The position numbers and the translations under genes were made by a program. 64,000 nt of DNA. It comes from an uncultured Planctomycetia bacterium. Lineage in GTDB: Bacteria > Omnitrophota > Gorgyraeia > Tantalellales > Tantalellaceae. Below are positions 36,001 to 43,855 of this stretch, piece after piece. The stretch's first letter is position 1, and each line of letters starts with the position of its first letter. A model generated the notes under the pieces. It was not told the origin of the DNA. It made no database searches and saw only the letters and a list, made by a program, of their open reading frames with translations. The stretch is from positions 23,551 through 87,550 of the forward strand of contig CAYQUS010000007.1 of the NCBI GenBank assembly GCA_964421015.1, written 5' to 3'.

Positions 36001-37709
36001 TTGCCCGTACCCGGCTGACCGGTTATGAAAACCTTTACCGGGGGGAGCGACGGATCGACAGAACGTTCCTTGATTTTTTCCATCACCATGCTTCTCAGTC
36101 TCAAAAGGCCTTCACGGGGATAAAAAGTTTCATGCCCGAATTCTTTTTCCCGGGCAAGAGAAGAGGTTATCCTTCCGCCGAGACACAACCCTTCACGATA
36201 TGCCGGAACCGCCGCGTAATACTCTTCGGCAAAGTAGAGCCCTTTAGCCGAGAAATCCTCGCTAAGCGCAAGCTTGTTGCCTTTTTCTCCCTCGAACTGA
36301 AGAAGCTGGGTATCTATTACCCTCTCCACCCCTCCAAAAGACGTCTCCAGGATAACATGAGCGGATGTCCGGGTTTTTCCTCTTTCTGCCGCCGCCGAAC
36401 AATCATGGGGTATCTCTATGGTCCTTTCCGTAACCTCGACTCCGCAGGACTTAAGCTCTTTCTCTATCATCATGGAAGCGTCGACACATTGCCCGTCAAT
36501 GCGTGGATCGTACTTTTTAAACGCCCGTGAAACCGCCTCCTGGAGCACCCATTCGTCGGAAGGCTTTTTATAAAGCCCCAGATACAACCCGCCTTTCGCC
36601 GCGGAAACGTTGAGTGGTTCTTCCCATAGAGGTTTCAAAGCGGGAAAAATATGTGAGTTTCCCCACTGGGGCCTTGTGTGATCGCTTACAAAAAGTATGG
36701 CTATTACAGCGCTGTCAGGAAGTTCCCTGGCCTTTTCCTGAAGGCGTTTTCTGAAACCGGCGTCAATTCCCGACCCGGCCGGGTAGGGATAAAAAACATA
36801 TACCGCGTCCGTGTTTTTCCAGCTTCTCTGGAAGGCATCGGAGCGCGGAATAAAATTAAGCTTTCTCTCTCCGGTAAAACCTTCCTCTTGCGCTTTCAGG
36901 TATATCTCTTCGGCCTTAGCGCTTACCGCGGGGTCTTTCTCGTATGCTCTGGCCTTCATCCCGAAAAGGTTAGAAGCCCAAATCGAAGCCCTCAGATCCC
37001 CGGCTCCCAGATCCAGAAAATTTTTCCCCTCAAGTCCTCCAAGTTCTTTAGCAAGAAATGAAAAAACCTTATCGAGCACGGTTTCGGGGGTAGGCATGTA
37101 TATACTGCCATCAAAAGCGCGCGAGGGCTCAATTGTATTGGCGTCGAGAAAGTCTATAAGGCGTTCCTTTAACTTCGGGGCCGTTTCCGTCGCGCCTTCT
37201 ATCTCTGCGTATACGTTCTTCCCGTTACCGAGCGGTATGATCCACTCAGAACTCCCCGCTCTTGCTTCATCGGTGTGAAATCTGAGGTTAAAAGCCCTAT
37301 TCTCTCCCAGCAGTAAGGGTAAGTTGTAGTCCTTTCCGTTTCCCGAGTACCCGCTCTTTTCTATATCGGCTATCGCGAAAAAAGGATCATCTCTAGTCAG
37401 GAGAGCAAGTTCTTTCCCCGGCATGGACGACTTTATGTGGTTTTTTATAGTATCTTCGGAAATGCCAAGATCCATATACTTGCCTATGATCGAGGCTATG
37501 TATAGAAAAAACGCGGAATTACGGAAATTTTCCGGGGAGATCTCCCCTGCGTCTCCTTTCCCGCTGAAAGGCGACGGAACAGACAGCTTAAAAACTGAAA
37601 CTGTCTGAGCCAACCCCGGATCAGAGAAGAAAAGACTGAAGGCAAGCGCCACCGAAATAACCCGCCTGAAAACATTTTGATGCCTGGATTCCAAAAACAT
37701 AGCGCGCAT
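33063..37709 (-). CDS. giant (1548 aa) multidomain protein: N-terminal signal/anchor, SAM-methyltransferase-like motif, duplicated Cys-protease/transglutaminase-like segments, two P-loop kinase-like domains, internal TM hairpin
   Basis: Methyltransferase motif I FLDLGAGDLRAS. P-loops KVFITGQPGTGKSTI and LFVGIEGFDASGKSYF (uridine-kinase/PRK-like GIxGxxxSGKS). Internal duplication CVDASMMIEKELKSCGVEVTE...HVILE vs CSETSEFIHKELSKAGIKAEITE...HVVVEV. TM pair VIVSLGFMLGVYLGYPAAGFILGVAGEILAGALMG. Confidence 0.6.
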   Translation of the reverse strand: MRAMFLESRHQNVFRRVISVALAFSLFFSDPGLAQTVSVFKLSVPSPFSGKGDAGEISPENFRNSAFFLYIASIIGKYMDLGISEDTIKNHIKSSMPGKELALLTRDDPFFAIADIEKSGYSGNGKDYNLPLLLGENRAFNLRFHTDEARAGSSEWIIPLGNGKNVYAEIEGATETAPKLKERLIDFLDANTIEPSRAFDGSIYMPTPETVLDKVFSFLAKELGGLEGKNFLDLGAGDLRASIWASNLFGMKARAYEKDPAVSAKAEEIYLKAQEEGFTGERKLNFIPRSDAFQRSWKNTDAVYVFYPYPAGSGIDAGFRKRLQEKARELPDSAVIAILFVSDHTRPQWGNSHIFPALKPLWEEPLNVSAAKGGLYLGLYKKPSDEWVLQEAVSRAFKKYDPRIDGQCVDASMMIEKELKSCGVEVTERTIEIPHDCSAAAERGKTRTSAHVILETSFGGVERVIDTQLLQFEGEKGNKLALSEDFSAKGLYFAEEYYAAVPAYREGLCLGGRITSSLAREKEFGHETFYPREGLLRLRSMVMEKIKERSVDPSLPPVKVFITGQPGTGKSTITEELEAVFFGLEEFELERFSDDVAMERHYNMILDRAVFPEKKLVIIEGYHTIPDLAERLSPDIVVEIVAEEQERRERIRKRSEELRFSTHYDPRIMELGRIPYHGIDFAIDTTGLDRNSIRNVFRDVRKVPIEDIPVVAARINKRSSGIDGRTLETHEIKFIDGSRMIIGTDPVTGEVGSEEVIHFGPDIKSLSGKRLYERRLYGPGHELQEITYYDLSGEVIGTETLEDFSVFKNGAGKWMDMNPFVARNLLEKAIEERNGRSLTEEEHLEVASFLRAIFGGGTLEFINENKYIWGYPLLCSETSEFIHKELSKAGIKAEITEYGNHVVVEVGLAGVVFVVDGTAGQLELRPGGDDDESYGNMNEAVRRTGLVIMPRDVAQSLEGTENYYRCSEAALTRQERESFRKFWLDKLDKTESRAGKDKTVRAAGVIVSLGFMLGVYLGYPAAGFILGVAGEILAGALMGEKKKGMMFGSAKHSKVEIRDEGVYGKGDMSSRASAPKIRPRSQEEIDEAREFEIYFASLSFDRREMIRKVAGQAVKKQAWKNQSGTGTKRLFVGIEGFDASGKSYFVEKELRPYLKFKLGRKVEVLHGDWCMVEKKEREKDLTGIYSDYYNWFDHEKLSEWLKDLHAPETLTYTINDAYVSESGERSGTETLNVDDDTIVLVDGLFLERNDERVALKPLMDYFVYFNVTEDVSLGRQLERDPAKMGRTEEEVLYYVNNIFLRTHAEYRGSDDKPFESADIAVDNSDLSAPRVEVRQERDKDFPPDTVSEKKAAVIFSDTVKLAKDKVKLSRPVRIALGTDWIKGYSPGKEQQMAINPLINEIRGFCESMGIPLVIAPDAELISAIERDSNEKNKLAERSGLEYEEPETIIIAEKASVFSFKFRDFSEKKKAFLVGVDGSELTEKSYIRVTEILTLAFNLRFSSIFTSNPNNNPHVGLSREGGLYVLIPRATRFFSYEELKSLYEVQSFA

Positions 37710-37863
37710 ATTAGCATAATAATTGTGTTAGGTCAACAAAAATATTGATTATTCGGCGCTATCGCCCTTTCTCCTTATACACTAAGGTTTTTCGTCTTAA
37801 AGGCAGACTTTTCAATAAACAATATTGTTGATCCGGTTAAACTGGGTTATACTCATAACTATT

Positions 37864-39003
37864 ATGGACCTTAACTTGAAAAGCAGGATACTTGTTACAT
37901 GTTCCAGGGGAGTCACTCCCTTTCTCGAAAAAGAGATAAAACTTCTGGGTTTTGATATAGTTTCAACGCATGAAACCGGGCTTGTCACGGAAGCCCGCCT
38001 GATAGACACCTACAAACTCAACCTGGAGCTCAGAACGGCATTCAATGTGCTTTTTCTTCTGGAAGAATTCAAGTGTTCTTCCCCTGAAGACCTTTACCGG
38101 AAAGCTTCCCTCATAGAATGGGAAAAGATCATCCCCCAAAACGAATACATTTCGGTTGTCTCTCAGGTATCCAATCCAAGGATCAAGAACTCCATGTTCG
38201 CCAATCAGAAACTCAAAGACGCCATAGTGGACCGCATGACAAAAAAGACCGGGAATAGGCCTAATTCCGGTCCCGAAAGAAGGAACATCGTTATTAACCT
38301 TTACTGGAAGAACGACACCGCCTGGATCTACATAAACACTTCCGGGGTTAAACTTGCCGACAGGGGCTACCGCAAAATACCTCTCACGGCTCCAATGCAG
38401 GAAACACTCGCGGCGGCAGTCCTCTCTTCGGCGGGATACGACGGTTCCGGTCACCTTGTCAACCCCATGTGCGGAAGCGGAACAATAGCTATAGAAGCTG
38501 CGCTCATTGCCCTCAATAAGGCGCCGGGGCTTTTGAGATCCAATTATGGCTTTTTGCATTTAAAAAACTGCGATAAAGAATATTGGCAAAAAATGCGCAA
38601 GGAACGCCTGGCTCTCTGTAACAAAAAACCGGCTAAAAAAATAATCGCGACTGACATAGACAAGACCGCCATAGAAGCCGCCGTCAAGAACGCCACCACC
38701 TGCGGCGTTGACCACATTATAGAATTCAAAGTCTCGGATTTCAGGGAAACCACCATTCCCGAAGGCCCCGGCAAGATCATACTGAACCCTGAATACGGGG
38801 AACGTATGGGCGACATCGACAGGCTCGTCCATACATACAAAGAGATAGGAGATTTTTTTAAGAAAAAATGCGCCGGTTACGAAGGGTATATTTTCACGGG
38901 GAACCTAGAACTTTCAAAGAAAGTCGGACTTGCCGCTAAAAAACGCGTCCCATTCTTCTCGGGCGACATTGACTGCCGCCTTCTCGAATACGACATATAC
39001 TGA
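37864..39003 (+). CDS. THUMP-domain class I SAM-dependent RNA (m2G-type) methyltransferase
   Basis: THUMP-like N-terminal half; SAM motif VNPMCGSGTIAIEAA and an NPEYGERMGD (NPPY-like) catalytic motif, as in RlmL/Trm14-type enzymes. Start taken at MDLNLKSRILVTCSRG. A TATACT -10 lies about 15 nt upstream. Confidence 0.6.
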   Translation: MDLNLKSRILVTCSRGVTPFLEKEIKLLGFDIVSTHETGLVTEARLIDTYKLNLELRTAFNVLFLLEEFKCSSPEDLYRKASLIEWEKIIPQNEYISVVSQVSNPRIKNSMFANQKLKDAIVDRMTKKTGNRPNSGPERRNIVINLYWKNDTAWIYINTSGVKLADRGYRKIPLTAPMQETLAAAVLSSAGYDGSGHLVNPMCGSGTIAIEAALIALNKAPGLLRSNYGFLHLKNCDKEYWQKMRKERLALCNKKPAKKIIATDIDKTAIEAAVKNATTCGVDHIIEFKVSDFRETTIPEGPGKIILNPEYGERMGDIDRLVHTYKEIGDFFKKKCAGYEGYIFTGNLELSKKVGLAAKKRVPFFSGDIDCRLLEYDIY

Positions 39004-39018
39004 CCTATAAACATTTCA

Positions 39019-39055
39019 CACGGGTGACAGGCACCGGCAGTGCCTGTCACCCGTG
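39019..39055. repeat. perfect 16-bp-stem palindrome of the REP-like GGTGACAGGCAC family; likely bidirectional terminator between convergent genes
   Basis: 'cacgggtgacaggcac cggca gtgcctgtcacccgtg', between the THUMP MTase gene (ends 39003, +) and the repeat-protein gene (ends 39062, -). Confidence 0.6.
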
Positions 39056-39061
39056 AGTGTT

Positions 39062-39973
39062 CTACCTTCTGTTCCTGGGCTTTTTGTCAGGACTTGCCCC
39101 CGGCCCGCCCTGGGGACCGGGCTTGTTTTCCCAGTTAGTTCCGGGCCCGCCTTTGGCTCCCGGAGGGTTGTTGTCACGATCCTTCTTAGGCTTTTTGTCA
39201 GGACCTGCCCCCGGCCCGCCCTGAGGACCGGGCTTGTTTTCCCAGTTGGTCCCTGGTCCACCTTTCGGCCCCGGAGGATTGTTGTCACGGTCCTTCTTAT
39301 TGCGGAACTGGTTTATTTCAACCTTATCTACGACACCGTCGTTATTGGTGTCGGCCTTGTTCTCCCAGGGAGTATTTACATTCGCCCTGTTTTCACGGGG
39401 CCCGTCGCCGAATCTTTGTTTTTTGCGCTCCTTCCACTTACCTATCTCGGTAGCGTCTATAGTGCCGTCCCCGTTGAGGTCCGCTTTCTTTTCCCATCCC
39501 TCCAAAGAAGCCTCTTCGCCGCCTCTCCCTTCCGAAGCGGGTTTACGCGGTTTTCTTTCCTTCCATTTACGTATTTCAAAACCGTCAACTATACCGTCTC
39601 CGTTAAGATCGGCCTTTTCCTCCCAGGCCTCATCGACTACGGCTTTATCTTTAATGCCGGGTTTTAATTCTTTCCTGGCAGGTTTTTCAGGAATATTTTC
39701 CCAGTTGGTTCCCGGTCCGCCTTTCGGCCCCGGAGGATTATTGTCGCGGTCTATTTTGGGCTTTTTGTCAGGGCCGGCTCCAGGCCCGCCCTGGGGACCG
39801 GGCTTGTTTTCCCAGTTGGTTCCCGGTCCGCCTTTCGGCCCCGGGGGATTGTTGTCCCGGTCAACTTTTTGTGGCGCTCTGTTCCCTCTTCCTTCCTGGG
39901 AGAACGCCGCGCCCGGTAAAAAATACGATGCGACAGCCATGGCAAGAACGGAAATCAAGATCTGCTTTTTCAT
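39062..39973 (-). CDS. secreted low-complexity repeat protein with collagen-like GP-rich repeats and three EF-hand/dockerin-like Ca-binding loops
   Basis: Signal peptide MKKQILISVLAMAVASYFLPGAAFS. Four copies of DRDNNPPGPKGGPGTNWENKPGPQGGPGAGPDKKPK. Loops DLNGDGIVDGFE, DLNGDGTIDATE and DTNNDGVVDKVE (DxNxDGxxD). Confidence 0.6.
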   Translation of the reverse strand: MKKQILISVLAMAVASYFLPGAAFSQEGRGNRAPQKVDRDNNPPGPKGGPGTNWENKPGPQGGPGAGPDKKPKIDRDNNPPGPKGGPGTNWENIPEKPARKELKPGIKDKAVVDEAWEEKADLNGDGIVDGFEIRKWKERKPRKPASEGRGGEEASLEGWEKKADLNGDGTIDATEIGKWKERKKQRFGDGPRENRANVNTPWENKADTNNDGVVDKVEINQFRNKKDRDNNPPGPKGGPGTNWENKPGPQGGPGAGPDKKPKKDRDNNPPGAKGGPGTNWENKPGPQGGPGASPDKKPRNRR

Positions 39974-40004
39974 TGTCCCTCCTCGTTTTGGTCACTATAA
40001 ACTT

Positions 40005-41258
40005 TCAGCTCTTCGTATCATCTAAAGACCCCGGCAGTTTGACATTTTCCATAAAAGGCGGCTTCTTGTTCCAGGCCTTACCGCCCTGGGCAGAGTCGAA
40101 ACCAAGATTGAACAACCCCACCATTTCTTCCTGATCGAAAAGCTCATCCGACTTAGAAACGTGGTCCCCGGGTATATATGCCAGATTAAAGTCTATGCCC
40201 CTCGCCTCAAGAAGAGTGTATATCCTGTAAACATCTCCCATGCCCTGCGCCTTGATCAGGGTATCCATAGCGGTCTCCGCGATAGAAGGTATGTTGTTCC
40301 TGACCCTCCTCCAATGCGGCGCGAAATAACCGTTCATTATGAAATAGAAACTTACATTCAGTTTAGGACCTTTAACTCCCTCTTTTTGAGCGATATCCCT
40401 TAAACCATTCAGCATGCCCACCAAGGCCACTACCTGAGTAACAGTGCCGCCGTCGACATGTATTTCCTCGTACTTTTCTCCGTCCGCTTCCACATCTATG
40501 TACATCGGAGGAAAAACTATGGGTATAGCCGCGGACGCTACAAGAACATCCCTGAAAAGATCCAGAGCTTTCTTGTCTCCCGCCAAAGCTATCTTACCCA
40601 TGTCCCACACTATAAGCCTCTGCGCGTCAAGATTCGTAGTTCCTACATAAAGTCTCTTCCCCTTTTTATGCTCAGCGGCTATCGCGGATAGAATATCTTC
40701 GGTTACATTCGCCTCGACGAGTTTTTTGAGACCCTTGTTATCCGCCAGTGAGTTCGCGCTATTAACGCTGAAAAGCGCCTTATTCTTCATTATGTCTTCT
40801 GTGGATACGGTGGTGTACATCTCTTTCATCTGATTGTCATAGCTTGGCCCCAAAAAAACAAAAGGCGCTATCAAAGCGCCAGTACTTATCCCCGTGACTA
40901 TTTTGAACTCCGGCCGCGTACCGGCTGCGGTCCACCCGTTCATAACCCCTGCCCCGTAAGCTCCGTTGGCTCCTCCGCCGGATATGCCGATTATCGCGTA
41001 ATCTTTGGTTCCGTCGGGATTAAGTGGAAACATCCCTTCAGGCTCATCCTTTATGGACTGTATAAGGTCGTGCTGAAAAGATGGCGAAACCACGTCTCCG
41101 AAAGCCCGCACATCTTCGAACCCGGGCACAACAGCCTTACCAACAAGCTGCTCCGGCACGGCATTACGCTTTTCGCTCTGTTCTTCCCCCGGCTGGGCAA
41201 AACACACTCCCGAGAACATGATCATAAAACTCAATACCACCGCCGTAGCTTTGATCAT
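40005..41258 (-). CDS. secreted patatin-like phospholipase
   Basis: Signal peptide. Oxyanion GGGxxG (GISGGGANGAYGAG), nucleophile GxSxG (GISTGALIA), and the catalytic Asp region (DGG) later. RBS GAGGAGGG. Confidence 0.75.
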   Translation of the reverse strand: MIKATAVVLSFMIMFSGVCFAQPGEEQSEKRNAVPEQLVGKAVVPGFEDVRAFGDVVSPSFQHDLIQSIKDEPEGMFPLNPDGTKDYAIIGISGGGANGAYGAGVMNGWTAAGTRPEFKIVTGISTGALIAPFVFLGPSYDNQMKEMYTTVSTEDIMKNKALFSVNSANSLADNKGLKKLVEANVTEDILSAIAAEHKKGKRLYVGTTNLDAQRLIVWDMGKIALAGDKKALDLFRDVLVASAAIPIVFPPMYIDVEADGEKYEEIHVDGGTVTQVVALVGMLNGLRDIAQKEGVKGPKLNVSFYFIMNGYFAPHWRRVRNNIPSIAETAMDTLIKAQGMGDVYRIYTLLEARGIDFNLAYIPGDHVSKSDELFDQEEMVGLFNLGFDSAQGGKAWNKKPPFMENVKLPGSLDDTKS

Positions 41259-41276
41259 AGACCCTCCTCTTCAATA

Positions 41277-41400
41277 AGGGACGTTTTCGATTTTAAAGCC
41301 AGACCCGTCCCTTTTTTTAATCTTGGATCTGTCCCCAAGACTGATTATATCCCTTTTTTCTGAGTCTTCAAGAAATATGGTACTTGTACGCAACATTCTT
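41277..41400 (-). promoter_or_regulatory. conserved about 125-bp promoter + leader cassette (copy 1) directly upstream of the patatin-like gene
   Basis: Minus strand carries TTGAAG-16-TATAAT (plus coordinates 41344-41371), then GGGACAGATCC and a hairpin 'gggacgggtctggctttaaaatcgaaaacgtccc' (7-bp stem AGGGACG/CGTCCCT) abutting the RBS. About 85% identical to 46275-46397. Confidence 0.55.
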
Positions 41401-41627
41401 ATTTGTATGGAGTCTTGGGTTCTGGGTATAGAGTAGTTGGCTTTAAAGCTACCTTGATATTGAAATACCGTACGGCAAGCGTGTCCGAGCACTGAAATAA
41501 TTCGCCGCCCGAAAGAGATAAAAATATGGACACTGCCCTGAAGGGTCTGCTCCTGAAGTAATAAATTAACAGGCGAATTATGAAGCGCGCAGGACATGCT
41601 TGCCGTACGAATACCGAGCGTCTGACT

Positions 41628-42158
41628 TTAGTAACAGAACTGAACCGCCTCGAAAATATCCCGTGCTATGTGATCGGGGGGAACACCTTTTTCCATCTCG
41701 CGTCTGTGCTTCTCCCCATGACCGGTTAGAACATATATGGAACATGCCCCGGCTTTCTGGGCCATTTCAACGTCATGCGGATGATCTCCTATAACAAAAG
41801 ACTGTTTTAAGTCTATGCCATATTCTTCCGCGGCCTGGTTTAAAAAATAAGGGCTTGGCTTATGGCAACGACAAAGATCTTCTTTGAGATGCGGACAGTA
41901 GTATGTTTTTATAATGTTGACGCCCTTACGGGACAAGAACTCCTCTATCTCCTTATTAAACGATACAAGCGCCTCTTCCGAAAATACCTTTCTTGCCACA
42001 CCGGATTGGTTTGTAACTACGAATAGGTGAAATTCTCTCTGCAGCATCTTAAGGGCGTCGATGGCTCTCGGTATTAACCGGAAATCATCCATCGAGCAGA
42101 AATAGCCCACGTCTTCATTTATGGTTCCGTCACGATCCAGAAAAACCGCTCTTTTCAT
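41628..42158 (-). CDS. gmhB: D-glycero-D-manno-heptose 1,7-bisphosphate phosphatase (HAD family)
   Basis: DRDGTIN motif I. Zn-binding CPHLKEDLCRCHKP (CxH...CxC), typical of GmhB. 176 aa. Confidence 0.75.
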   Translation of the reverse strand: MKRAVFLDRDGTINEDVGYFCSMDDFRLIPRAIDALKMLQREFHLFVVTNQSGVARKVFSEEALVSFNKEIEEFLSRKGVNIIKTYYCPHLKEDLCRCHKPSPYFLNQAAEEYGIDLKQSFVIGDHPHDVEMAQKAGACSIYVLTGHGEKHRREMEKGVPPDHIARDIFEAVQFCY

Positions 42159-42163
42159 TGCCC

Positions 42164-42625
42164 TTACTTTCCCGTTTTTAGCGATTCCCTGTGCCCGGCG
42201 AGCTTTTTTCGCAATACATCATCGCTTAAGGACATGATACGCACGGCGTATATGGCGGCGTTCACGGCCCCGCTTGACCCTATGGCCATGCAACCCACAG
42301 GTATTCCTTTTGGCATCTGGACTATGGAGTATAGCGCGTCCACCCCGTTAAGGGCCCCGCCTGTCATCGGAACACCTATCACGGGAAGCAGCGTCTGGGA
42401 CGCCACACATCCCGGCAGCGCGGCCGCCATTCCGGCTCCCGCTATTACAACAGCGTATTCCTTTTCGCTTAAAGACGTTATGTATTCATTCAAAGCCTCG
42501 GGGTTTCTATGCGCCGACAGCACTTTAAAATCATACGGAACATCGAACTGTTTTAACACATCTATACCCTTTTCCATCTGTTCTTTGTCGGATTCAGACC
42601 CCACAATGACCGCCACCTTTTTCAT
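42164..42625 (-). CDS. purE: N5-carboxyaminoimidazole ribonucleotide mutase
   Basis: 153 aa. VAVIVGSESD...AGMAAALPG...GVPM PurE signature regions. Confidence 0.85.
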   Translation of the reverse strand: MKKVAVIVGSESDKEQMEKGIDVLKQFDVPYDFKVLSAHRNPEALNEYITSLSEKEYAVVIAGAGMAAALPGCVASQTLLPVIGVPMTGGALNGVDALYSIVQMPKGIPVGCMAIGSSGAVNAAIYAVRIMSLSDDVLRKKLAGHRESLKTGK

Positions 42626-42646
42626 AAACCTCCTTTTACCAAGTTT

Positions 42647-43855
42647 TCACTTTGTCCCCGTTTGCCAGATCTTTTCGGGTTTTTTAAGAAAAACGTATGC
42701 CGCTATACTTCCAGCCAGAGCTAAGAGCCCGGAAAAATTGAAAGCCGCCAGATAATTGCGGGTAATATCGTGCACCCACCCTCCTATCAATGGCCCTAGG
42801 AAACATCCTAGACCGTATCCGATAAAAATTAGACCGTAATTTACCGGAAAATCGCGCCGCCCGAAATATTCCGCCGTAAGAGCCGGATAAACAGCCAAAA
42901 ACCCTCCGAAAGAGAGACCTATGACCGCGGAAAGAACGTATATCGCGGCTAGTGACGGCGCGTGATATAGAACCAACATAACCGACCCTATAACAGCCGA
43001 CAAGAGAACAAGCATTCTCTTCCCTCCCCAGATATCTGACGCGTATCCGCAGACTATCCTGCCAACACCGTTAAAGATCGAGAGCAGGACCAAAGCCAAA
43101 GCGCCCTGCATGGCGCTAAAGTTTTTATCGGTTATAAACGCCACAAGATGCCCTATGGTCATCATCCCAGCTACCATGGAAACGAGATAGGTTAAGAACA
43201 TTATACGGAAAGAGCAAGTCCTGAGCGTTTCATTTGGCGAGAACGCGTCCTCATAAAGCTCTCTCGGGCCTTTCGAGGCCCCGCATACCGGGGGGGTTTT
43301 CAGGAACTGAGCGGCGGCTGTTATCACAAATCCAAAAACTATCCCGCATAAAGCCATTGTTGTCCGCCACCCGTGCATATGCGTGAATTTGGTCATAACA
43401 GGCGACAAGAACGCCGTCCCGAAACCAAAACCGAAAACTATTATACCTGTAACAAGACCCTTTTTGTCGGGAAACCATTTTATTCCGCTTGAGATGGACG
43501 GCATATAGCTCAGGCCGGTCCCTATTCCGGCTATAACCCCGTAACACAAGAAAAGAATAAGCGGCTCTTTGGCAAAAGACGCCAGGAACCACCCCATCCC
43601 CACCAGAGCCCCTCCCAGAGAGGCGGTCTTGCGCGGGCCCAGTTTTTTCTCGAGGAACCCGCCTATCGGCATAAAAACGGAAAAAACAAGAAGAAGCACA
43701 GATACTGCGAAAGATATCTTAGCCCTTCCCCACCCCGTCTCAAGTTCTATGGGCAGGAGAAAAACTCCCCATGAATAGGCCACTCCAAGGCACATAAGTA
43801 TAACTACCCCGGATATGACCACTCCCCATCGTCCGGCCGTTCTATCATTCATCAC
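42647..43855 (-). CDS. MFS transporter (oxalate/formate-antiporter-like subfamily)
   Basis: 402 aa, 12 TM helices. N-terminal YSWGVF-type motif typical of the OFA subfamily. Confidence 0.65.
   Translation of the reverse strand: MMNDRTAGRWGVVISGVVILMCLGVAYSWGVFLLPIELETGWGRAKISFAVSVLLLVFSVFMPIGGFLEKKLGPRKTASLGGALVGMGWFLASFAKEPLILFLCYGVIAGIGTGLSYMPSISSGIKWFPDKKGLVTGIIVFGFGFGTAFLSPVMTKFTHMHGWRTTMALCGIVFGFVITAAAQFLKTPPVCGASKGPRELYEDAFSPNETLRTCSFRIMFLTYLVSMVAGMMTIGHLVAFITDKNFSAMQGALALVLLSIFNGVGRIVCGYASDIWGGKRMLVLLSAVIGSVMLVLYHAPSLAAIYVLSAVIGLSFGGFLAVYPALTAEYFGRRDFPVNYGLIFIGYGLGCFLGPLIGGWVHDITRNYLAAFNFSGLLALAGSIAAYVFLKKPEKIWQTGTK

Noticed and set aside
35436-36530. 364-aa plus-strand ORF
   Set aside because: Antisense inside the 1548-aa gene; shadow ORF.
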